Shown here one piece after another: positions 1-10,890 of a stretch of DNA of 64,000 nt. Positions within the stretch are counted from its first letter, which is position 1. Every line of letters begins with the position of its first letter. Made by a program: the position numbers and the translations under genes. The notes beneath the pieces were generated by a model. The model saw nothing but the letters and a program-made list of their open reading frames with translations, searched no databases and had not been told where the DNA came from. Origin of the DNA: Chara braunii (lineage: Eukaryota; Plantae; Charophyceae). The DNA is taken from contig BFEA01000019.1 in the NCBI GenBank assembly GCA_003427395.1, positions 2,386,032-2,450,031 of the forward strand, in the 5' to 3' direction.

Positions 1-867
1 CACAAAAACACTTTCCGAGTTAAAATGAAGCGTTTAACAATTTCCACGAAATGCCAGCTTTTTCTCTATAGTCCAAAAATGCCAACACTCGATGCATGAC
101 GTACCCTGAAGCACCTACATATCACACAAAAACAAAACCAAGAAAAAAAGCAGAAAATCAGGACAATGTGACAGTTTCAGACTTTCAGTGCAAAACTCGA
201 CGGAAAAAAAAACTCCCCCGGTTAACCACGTGTCGAGTGTGGTAAGGTGGGTCATCTACTGGTACTCGATCTTTTGTTCCCGTATGACTTGATCCTCCGT
301 CTCTGTCCCCTCTCCATTCACTATTGGTATTGCTGGTCTTTTGGTATCCTTGTGCTGATCCGGTGAGATATAATAAATAGTGGAAGTGGCATCGATCACT
401 ACCACATGGATTGGGAGTGTCCTGGTTCACCCATCTTCTGTCCTGTTCCATTCATGTGCTGTTCTTGTCCATTCATCTGCTGTCCCAGTCCATGCTTGGG
501 GCTTTTGTGCTGCAACCTCTCATTACTTTTGTCAATCTATGGGATGTCCTAAAGACTCCTAATCCTTCCCAGAGTGCCGTCTGCATTCTCAAGCCTCTGG
601 GCTTTCTAAGACTGCAAGCGGAACACTGCGGCTCCTTCCAGATTGGGGAAGTTCGGTATGGCTCATCTTCCATCAGCATGTCAAAGAACACCTTAATATA
701 GTTTCAATTGCGGTAGGAATTACGGAAAAATAAGAAAACAATTCAAATTTTTATGTTTATTTTTCAATCAAACCCAAATAGTTTTCAAATTTTGGAAGTT
801 TGGACTCATCAAGAGTTTTTCATTGGTAGAAGTTGTGAGCGTGGCAACTAGACTGCCGAAGCTCATG

Positions 868-909
868 TAAACCCGAAACCCAAAACCCGAAACCCTAAAC
901 CCTAAACCC
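868..909. repeat. Short degenerate plant telomere-type repeat (CCCTAAA)n / telo-box cluster
   Basis: taaacccgaaacccaaaacccgaaaccctaaaccctaaaccc: six 7-mers related to the Arabidopsis-type telomere repeat. Confidence 0.7.
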
Positions 910-1456
910 CGGGCCGTAATGTGGGGAAGCGTTGGGTGGGTATGGCAGGGACGTTGGACCCTGATTCTCAGAAGGTGCAGCTGCCCACCAATAGAAAGGA
1001 GCATTTCTTTATGAAAAAAAAAAAAAAGACCAGGATGTAGCAGTAGCTGCAGTAGTCTATTCAGAAGCCATGTTGTCCGGTATGCCGTCTTATCACACCA
1101 CGATTCCCGTAGGAAGAAGGGAAGCTACTGGCTGTTTGGCATGCTGGTCTGGTTCTGTGTGGCCCTACTGTTCATAGGGTATAATTAGGAATATTGCAGA
1201 TATCCATTGTGCATGAAGAGTTCATGCTATTTCATTCATGGGTCCCCCTTTTCTCCATTAAAAAAAGAAGAAGAAAAGAAAAGAAAAGGAATATTGCAAA
1301 TATCCGTCGTGCAAAGCGTACGCATCTTGGCTTCATTGATCTCTGGTGAGTTGGAGACCTGTTGGATTCCCAATATTCATCCGATCAGATCGACCGAGTT
1401 TGAGTGGTTTGACATTTTGTCGGCGGGTGTGTTTTGCCTGTGACAATTGGCCGCAG

Positions 1457-1835
1457 CGTGAACCGAATGGTGACGAGGGAGTTGCTTTCGAGAATTGGCT
1501 GCACTGTGACCGTCGTTGGGTCGGGAAGAGAGTGCCTGGCGCTTATGGGTCAACCGAACCATGGCTTCCGTGTGCTCCTTCTGGATGTTTGCATGCCGGA
1601 CATGGATGGCTACGAAGTAGCGACACGAATCAAGGAGAGGTTCCCTCGCCATAAAAGGCCTTTGATGGTGGCTTTGACAGCAAATACTGACAATGGCACT
1701 AGGGAGAGATGTCTTGAAGTAGGAATGGATGGAGTGTTATCGAAGCCGATGTCAGTTGACGATATGCGATGCGTCCTCCAAAACCTCCTGGAAACAGGTT
1801 TGGTTCCTGAGAATCAGGGAAGCCGTCAGCCGTAG
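1457..1835 (+). CDS. Terminal exon of an ETR1-type ethylene receptor (C-terminal receiver domain); upstream exons not recognised in this window
   Basis: Translation VNRMVTRELLSRIGCTVTVV...LLLDVCMPDMDGYEVA...RPLMVALTANTDNGTRERCLEVGMDGVLSKP matches the plant ETR receiver domain, with the phospho-acceptor Asp (LDVCMP) and the conserved Lys (SKP). A CAG acceptor at 1454-1456 sits exactly where similarity begins. TAG stop at 1833-1835. Confidence 0.85.
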
Positions 1836-2117
1836 AAGGGGAGGGTTGCCACCCTTCGCCATGAAGGATAGGCTGATGTACAATTTCAATTTGTGGCCAA
1901 TGGAAGAAGCCTCACAAATCTGGAGAGAATTTCAGCAAGTGCCCAACATACTTGAACCACCGGTACTTGGCCCAGCTACTGGCCGTGGAGAGAAATAGAG
2001 TAGAAACGTTTCTACTTGCAATGGATGAATTTGGCCGCTACTGTAGTGGCCCGTACGTTTCCTAAGATCATGGCTTGTTAACGGGCACAACTCTGGGAAG
2101 TACTGGTGGTTTAATAG

Positions 2118-2317
2118 GCAGGCCTTTCTGTCGCTAAGGTTAGTCGATGATAATGTGGTGTGTTCTCCAATGCCTGTCAGAAAGAGGATCATAGGCAGAC
2201 ATTCTGTCACAGCGATTCTTCTGTTGAGAAGCAGGCTGGGGAGTGCGGCTTCTGGACGTTTGCGTGCCGTACCTAGGCGAATATGAAGTGGCAAGGCGGG
2301 TCATGGAGCGATCTCCA
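2118..2317 (+). pseudogene. Decayed receiver-domain duplicate 1
   Basis: AGLSV..VDDNVV (2118-2160) and LLDVCVPYLGEYEVARRVMERSP (2249-2317), with frameshifts. Confidence 0.7.
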
Positions 2318-2341
2318 GCAATTCCCCAACACTCCTCATCA

Positions 2342-2800
2342 GCAGGCCATTTTCGCAACTGCTAGTTGACGACAATCTGGTGAGTTCTCCGAACCCTGCC
2401 CAAGAGAGACTCATAGGCACACATTTCTTTTGCGATGATTCTTCTTTTGGGATGTAAGCAGGAGGATGCTGTTTCTGGATGTTTGCATGCTGTACCTGAA
2501 TGGATATGGTGTGGCGACTAAGGTTAAGGAGAGTCTCCCTTGCCATAAGAGGACTTCGACGGTGGCTTTTATGGAAAAAAGGACAAAGCCACAAGCGAGA
2601 GACCAAATGGATGGCATGTTATCAAAAAGCCAACGTCATTTGATGACCTACATTCTGTCCCTGCAAAACCCATCGGGAACAGATTCGCGGAGGGCGTCAG
2701 CTGCACCGCCAAGGGTGGGAAGTTATACAACTGACAATTTGTGCCCAACGGAAGCCTCACAAATGCGGAGAAAACTTGGGCAATTGTCCAACATCTTCAT
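2342..2800 (+). pseudogene. Decayed receiver-domain duplicate 2, including a copy of the 3' UTR
   Basis: LLVDDN (2359-2376) and LFLDVCMLYLNGYGVATKVKESLPCHKR...MDGMLSK. Downstream caatttgtg..gaagcctcacaaat matches the gene's 3' UTR at 1887-1920. Confidence 0.75.
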
Positions 2801-2802
2801 TC

Positions 2803-2930
2803 GCAGGCCTTTCCGCCAGCAATGTATGTTGATGATTGTGCTTCTCCGATACCTGTCACAAATAGATTCATAGGCAGCTGCATATCTGTTGCCGTAATTC
2901 TTCTTCTGATGGGAAGGCGTCTGGGGGGAG
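2803..2930 (+). pseudogene. Decayed receiver-domain duplicate 3 (N-terminal part only)
   Basis: gcaggcctttc...gttgatgat...ttctcc.at.cctgtca...tcataggcag aligns with 2118-2235. Confidence 0.6.
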
Positions 2931-3089
2931 TTTCCAGTCCATGGTGTCGTTCTCCCAATCTGGCAAATGGGAGATGGGAGAGAGGGAGGTATGTGAAGCA
3001 ACTTGGAAAGCAAGTGGCCATTAAAGATGGGGAGGGTCATTAAAGATGGGGAGGATCAGAAAACACACGGGGGTATTAGGGGCGAATGT

Positions 3090-3990
3090 AGAGACAGGAG
3101 GGAGTTTGCGAAATAGAAGGAAGTAACTGTTGCAATTGCATCTGGAGTCTGGACAGTTCTCTTTTTTTTGGTCTTTTCTAAGGTTGGAAACAGGAGGAAG
3201 TTGCGACTGCATCTGGAAAGTTTCTCAGATTGGAAGCAGGGGTTGCAGTGGCATCTAGAACTTTCTTTCTAAGACTGGAAAACAGAAGCTGCAGTGGGAA
3301 TATACAAATTTCCTTTTCGAAGGTCGGAACCAGGAGGATGTTCCAGGCGGGCCTAGCTCAGTCGGTACCACCCACGAACTGCTGAAATACAGATCCAAGT
3401 TTGAATCCAGATGCAATAAACAAGGGTGTGTGGGGGGGGGGGAGGAGAGGGGGAAGGGGGGAGGAAAGTAGGAAGTTCCAGCAGCATCTGGATTTTTTTT
3501 TTCTAGGGTCGGAAACAGTAAGTTCCAGTGGCATCTGAAGGTTTTGAGAAAGGGGAGTTCTAGTGGCATCGGGAAATTTCGTTCTTTGGTGGGAAACAGG
3601 AAATTTTTCTTTCTATGGTTGGAAACAGGAGTTACGGTGGCATCTGGATTTTTTTTGGGGGGGAAGGGTTAAAACTTAAAAGCACTGCAGTGTAAGATCC
3701 AGGTCCCAGGAGCATCTGGAAATTTCTTTCTACGGCTGTGAAACGGGAGCGGGAGTTCCAGTGGCATCGCGACTTGCCTTTGTACGGTTGGAAACAAGAA
3801 TTCCACTGGCGTCCGCCATTCGGGAATGTCTTTTTCTTCTGAGGTTGGCAAGAGTCCCAGTGGCACCTGGGGAATTCCTTTCTAAGGTTGGTACGAGCGG
3901 GAGTTCCAATGGCACCTGGGAATTTATTTCCAAGGTTGGAAACAGGGGGGGGGGGGGGGGGTCCAGGGTCATCGGGAATTTTTCTTTTTA
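3090..3990. repeat. Degenerate tandem repeat, about 45-55 bp unit (GGTTGGAAACAGGAGTTCCAGTGGCATCTGGAATTT-like)
   Basis: The motifs ggttggaaacag and ttccagtggcatc(t/g)gg recur more than ten times at short, regular spacing. Confidence 0.75.
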
Positions 3991-4260
3991 ATAATCAGTC
4001 AGTTGTATGATCTTCTTGTATGGTTGTACCATTGTATCAACGAGCACACAATGAGGTTGATTGCTGGAGAAGCAAATAACAAAATGAGGAGACTGAATAT
4101 GGGTCTTAGACTGACCTTGTCTTGCGCATGATATGGTACACTGCTACACTGTCTGCTATTCCTAAGGCGAATGCCATCATTGGACAGGAACCTGTGTGTA
4201 GCAGGGGTGCCCATGGCATCCCGTGGACTTGTTATCAAAGTCCGGGTCCAAAGGCAGCAT

Positions 4261-4590
4261 TCTCTCTATCTGCGTGTCTCTCTCTCTGCCTCTATCGATC
4301 TATCGATCTATCGATCTATCTATCTCTATCTATCGATCTATCTATCTATCGACCTATCTGTCTACCTATTTGTCTACCTATCTGTCCGCCTATCTGTCTG
4401 CCTATCTGTCTGCCCATCTGTCTACCTATCTCTCTACCTATCTATCTATCTGTCTATCAGTCTATCTGTCTATCTATGCATCTATCTGTCTGTCTATCTG
4501 TCTATCTGTCTATCTATCTATCTACCTACCTATCAATCAATCAATCTACCTATCAATCAATCAATCTATCTATCTATCTATCTACCTATC
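4261..4590. repeat. Compound (CTAT)n/(CTGT)n/(CAAT)n microsatellite
   Basis: Direct inspection. Confidence 0.95.
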
Positions 4591-5264
4591 TAACTCCCGC
4601 CCCTGCCCCCGTCCCCCCTCCCCCAGCATGCATTTCAGGAGCAAACTGAAATCAGTGAGGGAACTTGGTAGGAAGGACGAAACCGAAATCAGGCGAGGGA
4701 AGACGACCTGGGTAGCGGAGAAGGGAGAGGAACTCTCAAGCAATGGCAGCAAGAAGAGCTACTAAAGACATCACTCATATGCAATCAAAGGGTGGGACAT
4801 GGCAAAAGAGATCCATAAGATGGGAGGGTGAACATTGCAGTGCATTAACCTGTGTTTGCAGTTCAGCTTTCTACTCACTACCACACTGGTCTTGAAGAAC
4901 AGGCGGTGATGCTGCATTTTGACACAGACCAAGGAGTGAAGTGATAGAGGAGAAGGGGGGAGAAAGAGCACATAAGCTGTCCTGCAGTGCTCTTTGAATG
5001 ATCTCCTTTCTGTGCATTATGTCAGGGCAGAAAGCGTGGTACATGAGCATGCAAACTGTCCCACAATAGTTTTTCAACTTGGTCATTTCTGCACCTTGGA
5101 GCGCTACAGTGGTGTTCGGAAAGTCTCATTTCTGCACCTCAAACACATAGAGAGGGTATTGTGTCCAAGGAGCTAGAGATCAAGATCAGTCGGACGCTGC
5201 ATGAGACGCTGCATGAGTCATGCGACTGATTTGTGCAGTCGAGCTTTGTCTTCACGTCCATACA

Positions 5265-5336
<72 letters not shown>

Positions 5337-5834
5337 GAACTGTCCAAGTATTGTCTGGTTTAAGGGGTGCAGAGAGGGAGAGGAATGTGTCTAAGCAGAT
5401 GCGAGTGGAAGTTGTATTGATAAAGAAATATTATGCATGGAGGTGTATTGAGAATGATAATTTCAATTATTCAATAATTACATTTTTTTAAACTACGAGT
5501 CTTACGAGACGTTGCCGTCATCTCCCTTTCAGAACAGAGGTGTACCGCCGCCGGACTGTGGGTTATCCTTGTTTTTTGTCTGCTTTGGTAAAGATGCCTA
5601 ACATCCTTTTTTTCAGTGGGTTTGGCAACGCAGCAGTACATGGAGAAAAGGGTTGACAGGCGGTGAGGTGCGGTGTGACCTAGTGAGTGGATGTTCAGTG
5701 TTCACAAAGAAGAAACCAAAATTTATGTGCGCACTGTACTTAAGGCCTGCTTGGAGTGCATAACCGTGCTTTGCTCAATTGCATACCATCTTGCTAGCAG
5801 TTGTAGAAGATTGTCAATCTGAGTTTCCTTGTTT

Positions 5835-5865
<31 letters not shown>

Positions 5866-7550
5866 CCAGCCTCACATTCGGGCAGATTGCTCGTTCACAA
5901 GAAGTGTGCAAGTGCTGGTGCACTTGTGCGCTGAAGTGAGGAGCAGAGCGCTGAGGTCACGTTTCCTTTTCTTTTTTTTTTCCATTATTTATTGAGCAAA
6001 AGGAGGCCGGGAATCCCTCCACATCTCAACCCAGAAAACTGGGGTCATTACCCAGATTAGGCTCGTACTGGAAACCGGGTCCAGTGTCCCTTTCTCCTGT
6101 CTAGCTACATGCTATTCTTGAACAGAGACAAAAGTAGATGAAGAAAAGAGGAATTTATCATTAAAGGAAAGAACCTACCAACCTGCCCTTAGTACTGCCA
6201 ATCATCCTCCCCAGTTGCAGTAACGAAAAAAGGGCAGAAATGTAATGGAAGAAGTGGGACCCCGGCGGAGTGTCCCATCCTGCAATTTCCGTAAATCTAT
6301 GTCTATTTTCCTCTGCCTAACTTTTCCTTCTTGTCTCTCTTTCCGCCTGTCCTCACCGTAAACCCTAAACCCTACTGCTGTTACTCCCGTTCCAACGCCT
6401 CATCCTTGCCATGACTCTCTTTTTCCTCTCAGAACTGAAAACCAGTTCCGCCAGATAGTGCTATATTTCCTAGAAAGAGCTCTCCCTCCATTACTATCAA
6501 CCTGTACATTGCCCGCTGACTCTGTCTTATCTTTAAAACCTAATACCTCTTAACCTCCTCTTTTCTTGATGACTCCTCTAGCAACTAAGCTTGTGACCTC
6601 CCAGCACGTGTGTCAGGCTTTGGTCGTCTGGTATATGTGTACATCTTGCAATATCCCTTCTGTGTCGTAACTGTGCCTCAGGCTGTCCCTCCACTGATTT
6701 TTGAGCCCTTAAGCTCCTTCCATTAACTGATTCTCAATCCCCCTCCTCCATTTAAAATCGATGTTATTTCCGTGCAAGGTTGCCACCGCTCCTTGCCCTA
6801 GTACATTGGTATTGAATTTCTTCCTTGTTTCCTGCTCCTGGCCCGGAATTTTGCAGAATTCGGGTCTTGACCCTCTTCCACTGTGCTCGTAAATCTGTTT
6901 CTGAATCAATTAATGACCATAATATCTCCCTTGCTTCCTGTACTAGGTGCATTGTACTCCCTTCAATAGTAATTTGACACCTTTTCTTCCAAATGGTCCA
7001 CAGGATATATTGTCGTATCAATTGACACGTACTCTTCTCGAACGACTCCCACTGCGTCGGGATGTGGGCCCCCAACAAGACTGCAATTTTTATTGTCTAA
7101 CCATGGAGTCTTGGAGATGTGACCCCATATACTCCTGGCTTCTTCCCAAATGATGTCTGTTCCTGTACATTCCAACAGGCAATGCTGCATTGATTCTGAC
7201 ATGCCACCCTGACACACTCTACACTCTGCATTCGCTGGATCCCTCCTCCTTGATCGTCTCCTTCGCTCATTTAACCATTCATTGACTGGCAGAGCCACAT
7301 GGGCTATTAGCCATTGCATACTTTTGACTTTTCCCAATCTAACTGCGTTAATCGCCTGCCAAGGGAACGTAGATAGTTGTCCCTGGGGTACCCCCACCCT
7401 CTTTTCCCACCTCTTCGATAGATGAGGCGTAAGAGAAAAGGATCTTCTTCTCAACCTATATCCTATCCTAGTGGCGTAATGCAGAATATTAATTCTCCTT
7501 TCTGTTCCCATAGAGCCACTTCTGATCTTCCATGCCCATTCTCCGGGGTC

Positions 7551-7553
<3 letters not shown>

Positions 7554-7600
<47 letters not shown>

Positions 7601-7646
7601 CGGGTCCTGTGCCCAAGGCTGATATTGAAAGGATGAGAACGAGTCC
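7554..7646 (-). mobile_element. Very short poly(A)-tailed retro-insertion inside the LINE
   Basis: About 50 nt plus a roughly 43-nt A-tail, flanked by a TSD ccggggtc(g/t)ac (7543-7553 and 7647-7657). Removing it restores the LINE frame LEVDPG|EWAWKIR. Confidence 0.85.
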
Positions 7647-8465
7647 CCGGGGTCTACTTCCAGATCTTCCAGTGGAGTATTTGGACAGAAAACTGTGAAT
7701 TCGTCTGTCTCAACGACTCTTACCTTTCGCGACTGACTTTTGAGAATGGTTATAGGCACTTTGGAGTTCTTTATTAGTGAAGAGGTGGTGGCTCCTTGGT
7801 GTATGATGGTATATTTGTCGGCTTGAAGCCATTCCGGCCTTGCAGGCTCCTGATCCCATATTCTGAAGACTTCTGTTGGGTCTTTTTCATCTTGCCATGT
7901 TGCCCAGTCCCCTAGCCCCCACTGTACTCCCCTTCTCAGAAGATCCCCCCACGTTTGTGGAATGGCTATTAGGACTATTTCAAAATTCTCCGACAGCCTG
8001 TGACAACCCCTTAATTGTTCCCTTAGCTCCTTTACTGTTTTCCACCTATTCACTTAGCTCCTTTACAGTTTCATTAGTTGAGCCCAATATGATGGCTTCC
8101 TTACTCCTTCATCATTATCACCCCCCTGCCATTACCTTCTGAAACCCCTTCGGCCCATGTGCTACACATGACCCAAAATTGGCCCGACATATTCGAAGGG
8201 GTTCTATATTTAGCCAATTTCCTAATTTGATAGAGCGCTAGGGGCGTCCAAGGCAAGTTATGGTGGGTAATCAACTTAATTACCCATTTGGTCTGAAGTG
8301 CTTTGAGTTGGTGATCGGGGTCTAAAATCCCCAGCCCTCCCTGCTGCTTTGGTCTAGTAACATGTTTCCATGCCACCTTGGAAATGAAGTGTACTGTCAT
8401 TGCATTAGATGTCCATAAGTATGCCGCTGCGAGTTTCCTTGTTTCCATGCTGCTGGGTAGACTGC

Positions 8466-8623
8466 TCTTCCTTTTATTTCCTTTTGTTTCCTTTTATAAG
8501 TTTTATTTTATTTTATTTTATTTATTTATTTATTTTATTTGGACCATTTCTCGGTTTATGTGTGTCATCCTTGTGCAGGGGCCATGCTAATCTTCTCTAA
8601 TTTTCACGGATGTCCCGAAGGAC
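8466..8623 (-). pseudogene. U6: U6 snRNA retrocopy with A-rich tail (10-nt deletion removing part of the ACAGAGA box)
   Basis: Reverse complement of 8538-8623 is gtccttcgggacatccgtgaaaatt-agagaagattagcatggcccctgcacaaggatgacacacataaaccgagaaatggtccaaa. Tail 8466-8537. TSD ggtagactgc at 8456-8465 and 8624-8633. Confidence 0.9.
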
Positions 8624-8796
8624 GGTAGACTGCCTTGCCTACCATTTTGTTTTTTTTAAAAAGGGCGATAGTCTTGAGATACTGACTTTCCCACCTTGTG
8701 CTTCAGTGTTTTCAGAGGTTGCCCTCTTTCAAGCTTGTCAACGATGCTGGGGCATAGAGAAATGAAAAGGCACTTTCTCTGTGATCTATCCTGTAG

Positions 8797-8847
<51 letters not shown>

Positions 8848-9371
8848 GTCATATTCGCTATACGGTGTATACACTTAAAAAAAGTATGACTGTGCCGGAT
8901 GTGTGTCCAATATATCCCATGGCGTACTCGCCATGCACCCCATGGTACACCCGGGCCACCCGTAACCAAACTAACGATGTATGCTGCCACTCTACTACTA
9001 CTCATGAAGCTACCTTGTACATACATGGTTATCCATGACCAACTTTCCAACATGCCAGACATCTAGGCGAGAGGGTATGGGGGAGGCAAGAGGGCAGACT
9101 GCAGGCAAGCACACCAAGCAAGCAAACCAAAGAAACAAGTCCCAAAAGGATGCCGAGACCAGGCAGACAAGAAAAAACATCAGGGCATACCAAAACCAAG
9201 CAAGCAAAAAGACATCAAGGCATAGGCTGGATGGCATGGGGGAGGCGGGAGGGCAGACAACATGCAAGCACATGAAACAGGCACACAGGCACACCAAGAC
9301 AGGCAAACCGGAAAAAATACAAGTCCCAGGAAAGTCGGAGGACCGAAAAAAAAATAAAAGCTCGTGATGAA

Positions 9372-9427
9372 AAATTATTTCGTCGGAGTTGCACCAACTC
9401 ATCAGGAGGCTGAACCTTCGACAATCT
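9372..9427 (-). ncRNA. Type III hammerhead ribozyme motif
   Basis: Minus strand reads AGATTGTC-GAAGG-TTCAG-CCTC-CTGATGA-GTTGG-TGCAACT-CCGAC-GAAA-TAATTT. It has the GUC site, the CUGAUGA and GAAA core, and three pairable stems in type III order. Confidence 0.75.
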
Positions 9428-9710
9428 GCAGAATCTCCGTGTTTGATGGTTTGGGTCATGAACCCTTTGACCCTTGTTGAAGGCAGACTGTCCCCAAACG
9501 GAACATAGCAGCGAGCAGCAACCCTGTGAAGCACCAGGCAACACAGTAGAGGCAACAAGGCTTCACAACACCAAAAATGACTGCAAGGAACGACACGGCA
9601 AGCGGAAGATGGGTGGACAGCATAGCAACCATGTAGTGAAGCACAAGGCAACACAAGCAAGGCAACCACACTGCAAGCGATGACAGGGCAAGCGGACCAG
9701 CAGCTCGGGG

Positions 9711-10890
9711 ACCATGCAGTGAGGCACAAGGCAACAACACAACAAGGCAGCCAACCTCCCAGGCACGCAAGCAGCAACCACGGAAGACACGGCTAGTGGA
9801 TGAGCAGCAAGGCAGTGGAGCAGCGAAGCACAAGGCAACACCAACAACGCAGCCACACCACACAGAGAACACATCAACCTGCATTGAACCACATGCGAAG
9901 TGAGCGGAACAGGCAGTAAGGCAGCGGCAGAGCACAGACAAGGGATTCCACACATCCAACACGGTGCAAAGCGGCACATGACCTACTCACATCAAGATTG
10001 AACCCCACAGACTGTTGGTTCCCACCACCCATTGAGCCACCACCTGTTGAGCCAGGGAGACACTCCGACGACCATCTGTCATCACTGACAGGCAACACAG
10101 ACATCCCGAACCATGCAGTGAGGCACAAGGCAACAACGACAAGGCAGCCAACCTACCAGGCATGCAAGCAACAACCACGAAAGACACAGCCAGTGGATGA
10201 GCAGCAAGTCAGTGGAGCAGTGAAGCACAAGGCAACACCAACAACGTAGCCACACCACACAGAGAACACATCAACCTGCAGAGAACCACATGCGAAGCAA
10301 GCAGGACAGGCAGCAAGGCAGCGACAGAGCGCAGACAAGGGAGTCCGCACATCCAACACAGTGCAAAGCGGCACATGACCTACTCACATCAAGATTGAAC
10401 CCCACAGACTGTTGGTTCCCACCACCCATTGAGCCACCACCTGTTGAGCCAGGGAGACACTCCGACGACCATCTGTCATCACTGACAGGCAACACAGACA
10501 TCCCGAACCATGCAGTGAGGCACAAGGCAACAACGACAAGGCAGCCAACCTACCAGGCATGCAAGCAACAACCACGAAAGACACAGCCAGTGGATGAGCA
10601 GCAAGTCAGTGGAGCAGTGAAGCACAAGGCAACACCAACAACGTAGCCACACCACACAGAGAACACATCAACCTGCAGAGAACCACATGCGAAGCAAGCA
10701 GGACAGGCAGCAAGGCAGCGACAGAGCGCAGACAAGGGAGTCCGCACATCCAACACATAGCAAAGCGGCACATGACCTACTCACATCACGACTGAACCCC
10801 ACAGACTGTTGGTTCCCAACACCCGCTGAGCCAGGGAGACACTCCGACGACCATCTGTCATCACCAACAGGCAACACAGATATGCCGAAC
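9711..10890. repeat. Tandem repeat, about 397-bp unit, 3 copies
   Basis: Units start accatgcagtgaggcacaagg at 9711, 10110 and 10507. Identical spurious ORFs recur offset by 397 bp. Confidence 0.95.

Larger units (their letters stand above)
5962..8650 (-). mobile_element. 5'-truncated, degenerate L1-type LINE (ORF2 C-terminal half, 3' UTR and poly(A))
   Basis: Minus-strand fragments: KVAWKHVTRPKQQGGLGILD...LQTKW (typical post-RT L1 segment) and CRVCQGGMSESMQHCLLEC (zf-RVT-type CCHC). An AATAAA-containing end and A-tail appear as the T-run at 5962-5981. Confidence 0.85.

Noticed and set aside
3090-3990. Repeat array with variable intervening sequence, superficially CRISPR-like
   Set aside because: The repeats are degenerate, the spacers are homopolymer-rich and related to each other, there are no cas genes, and the context is eukaryotic.
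4122-4765. Long ORFs in all three + frames
   Set aside because: They are translations of (CTAT)n microsatellite with no protein-like content.
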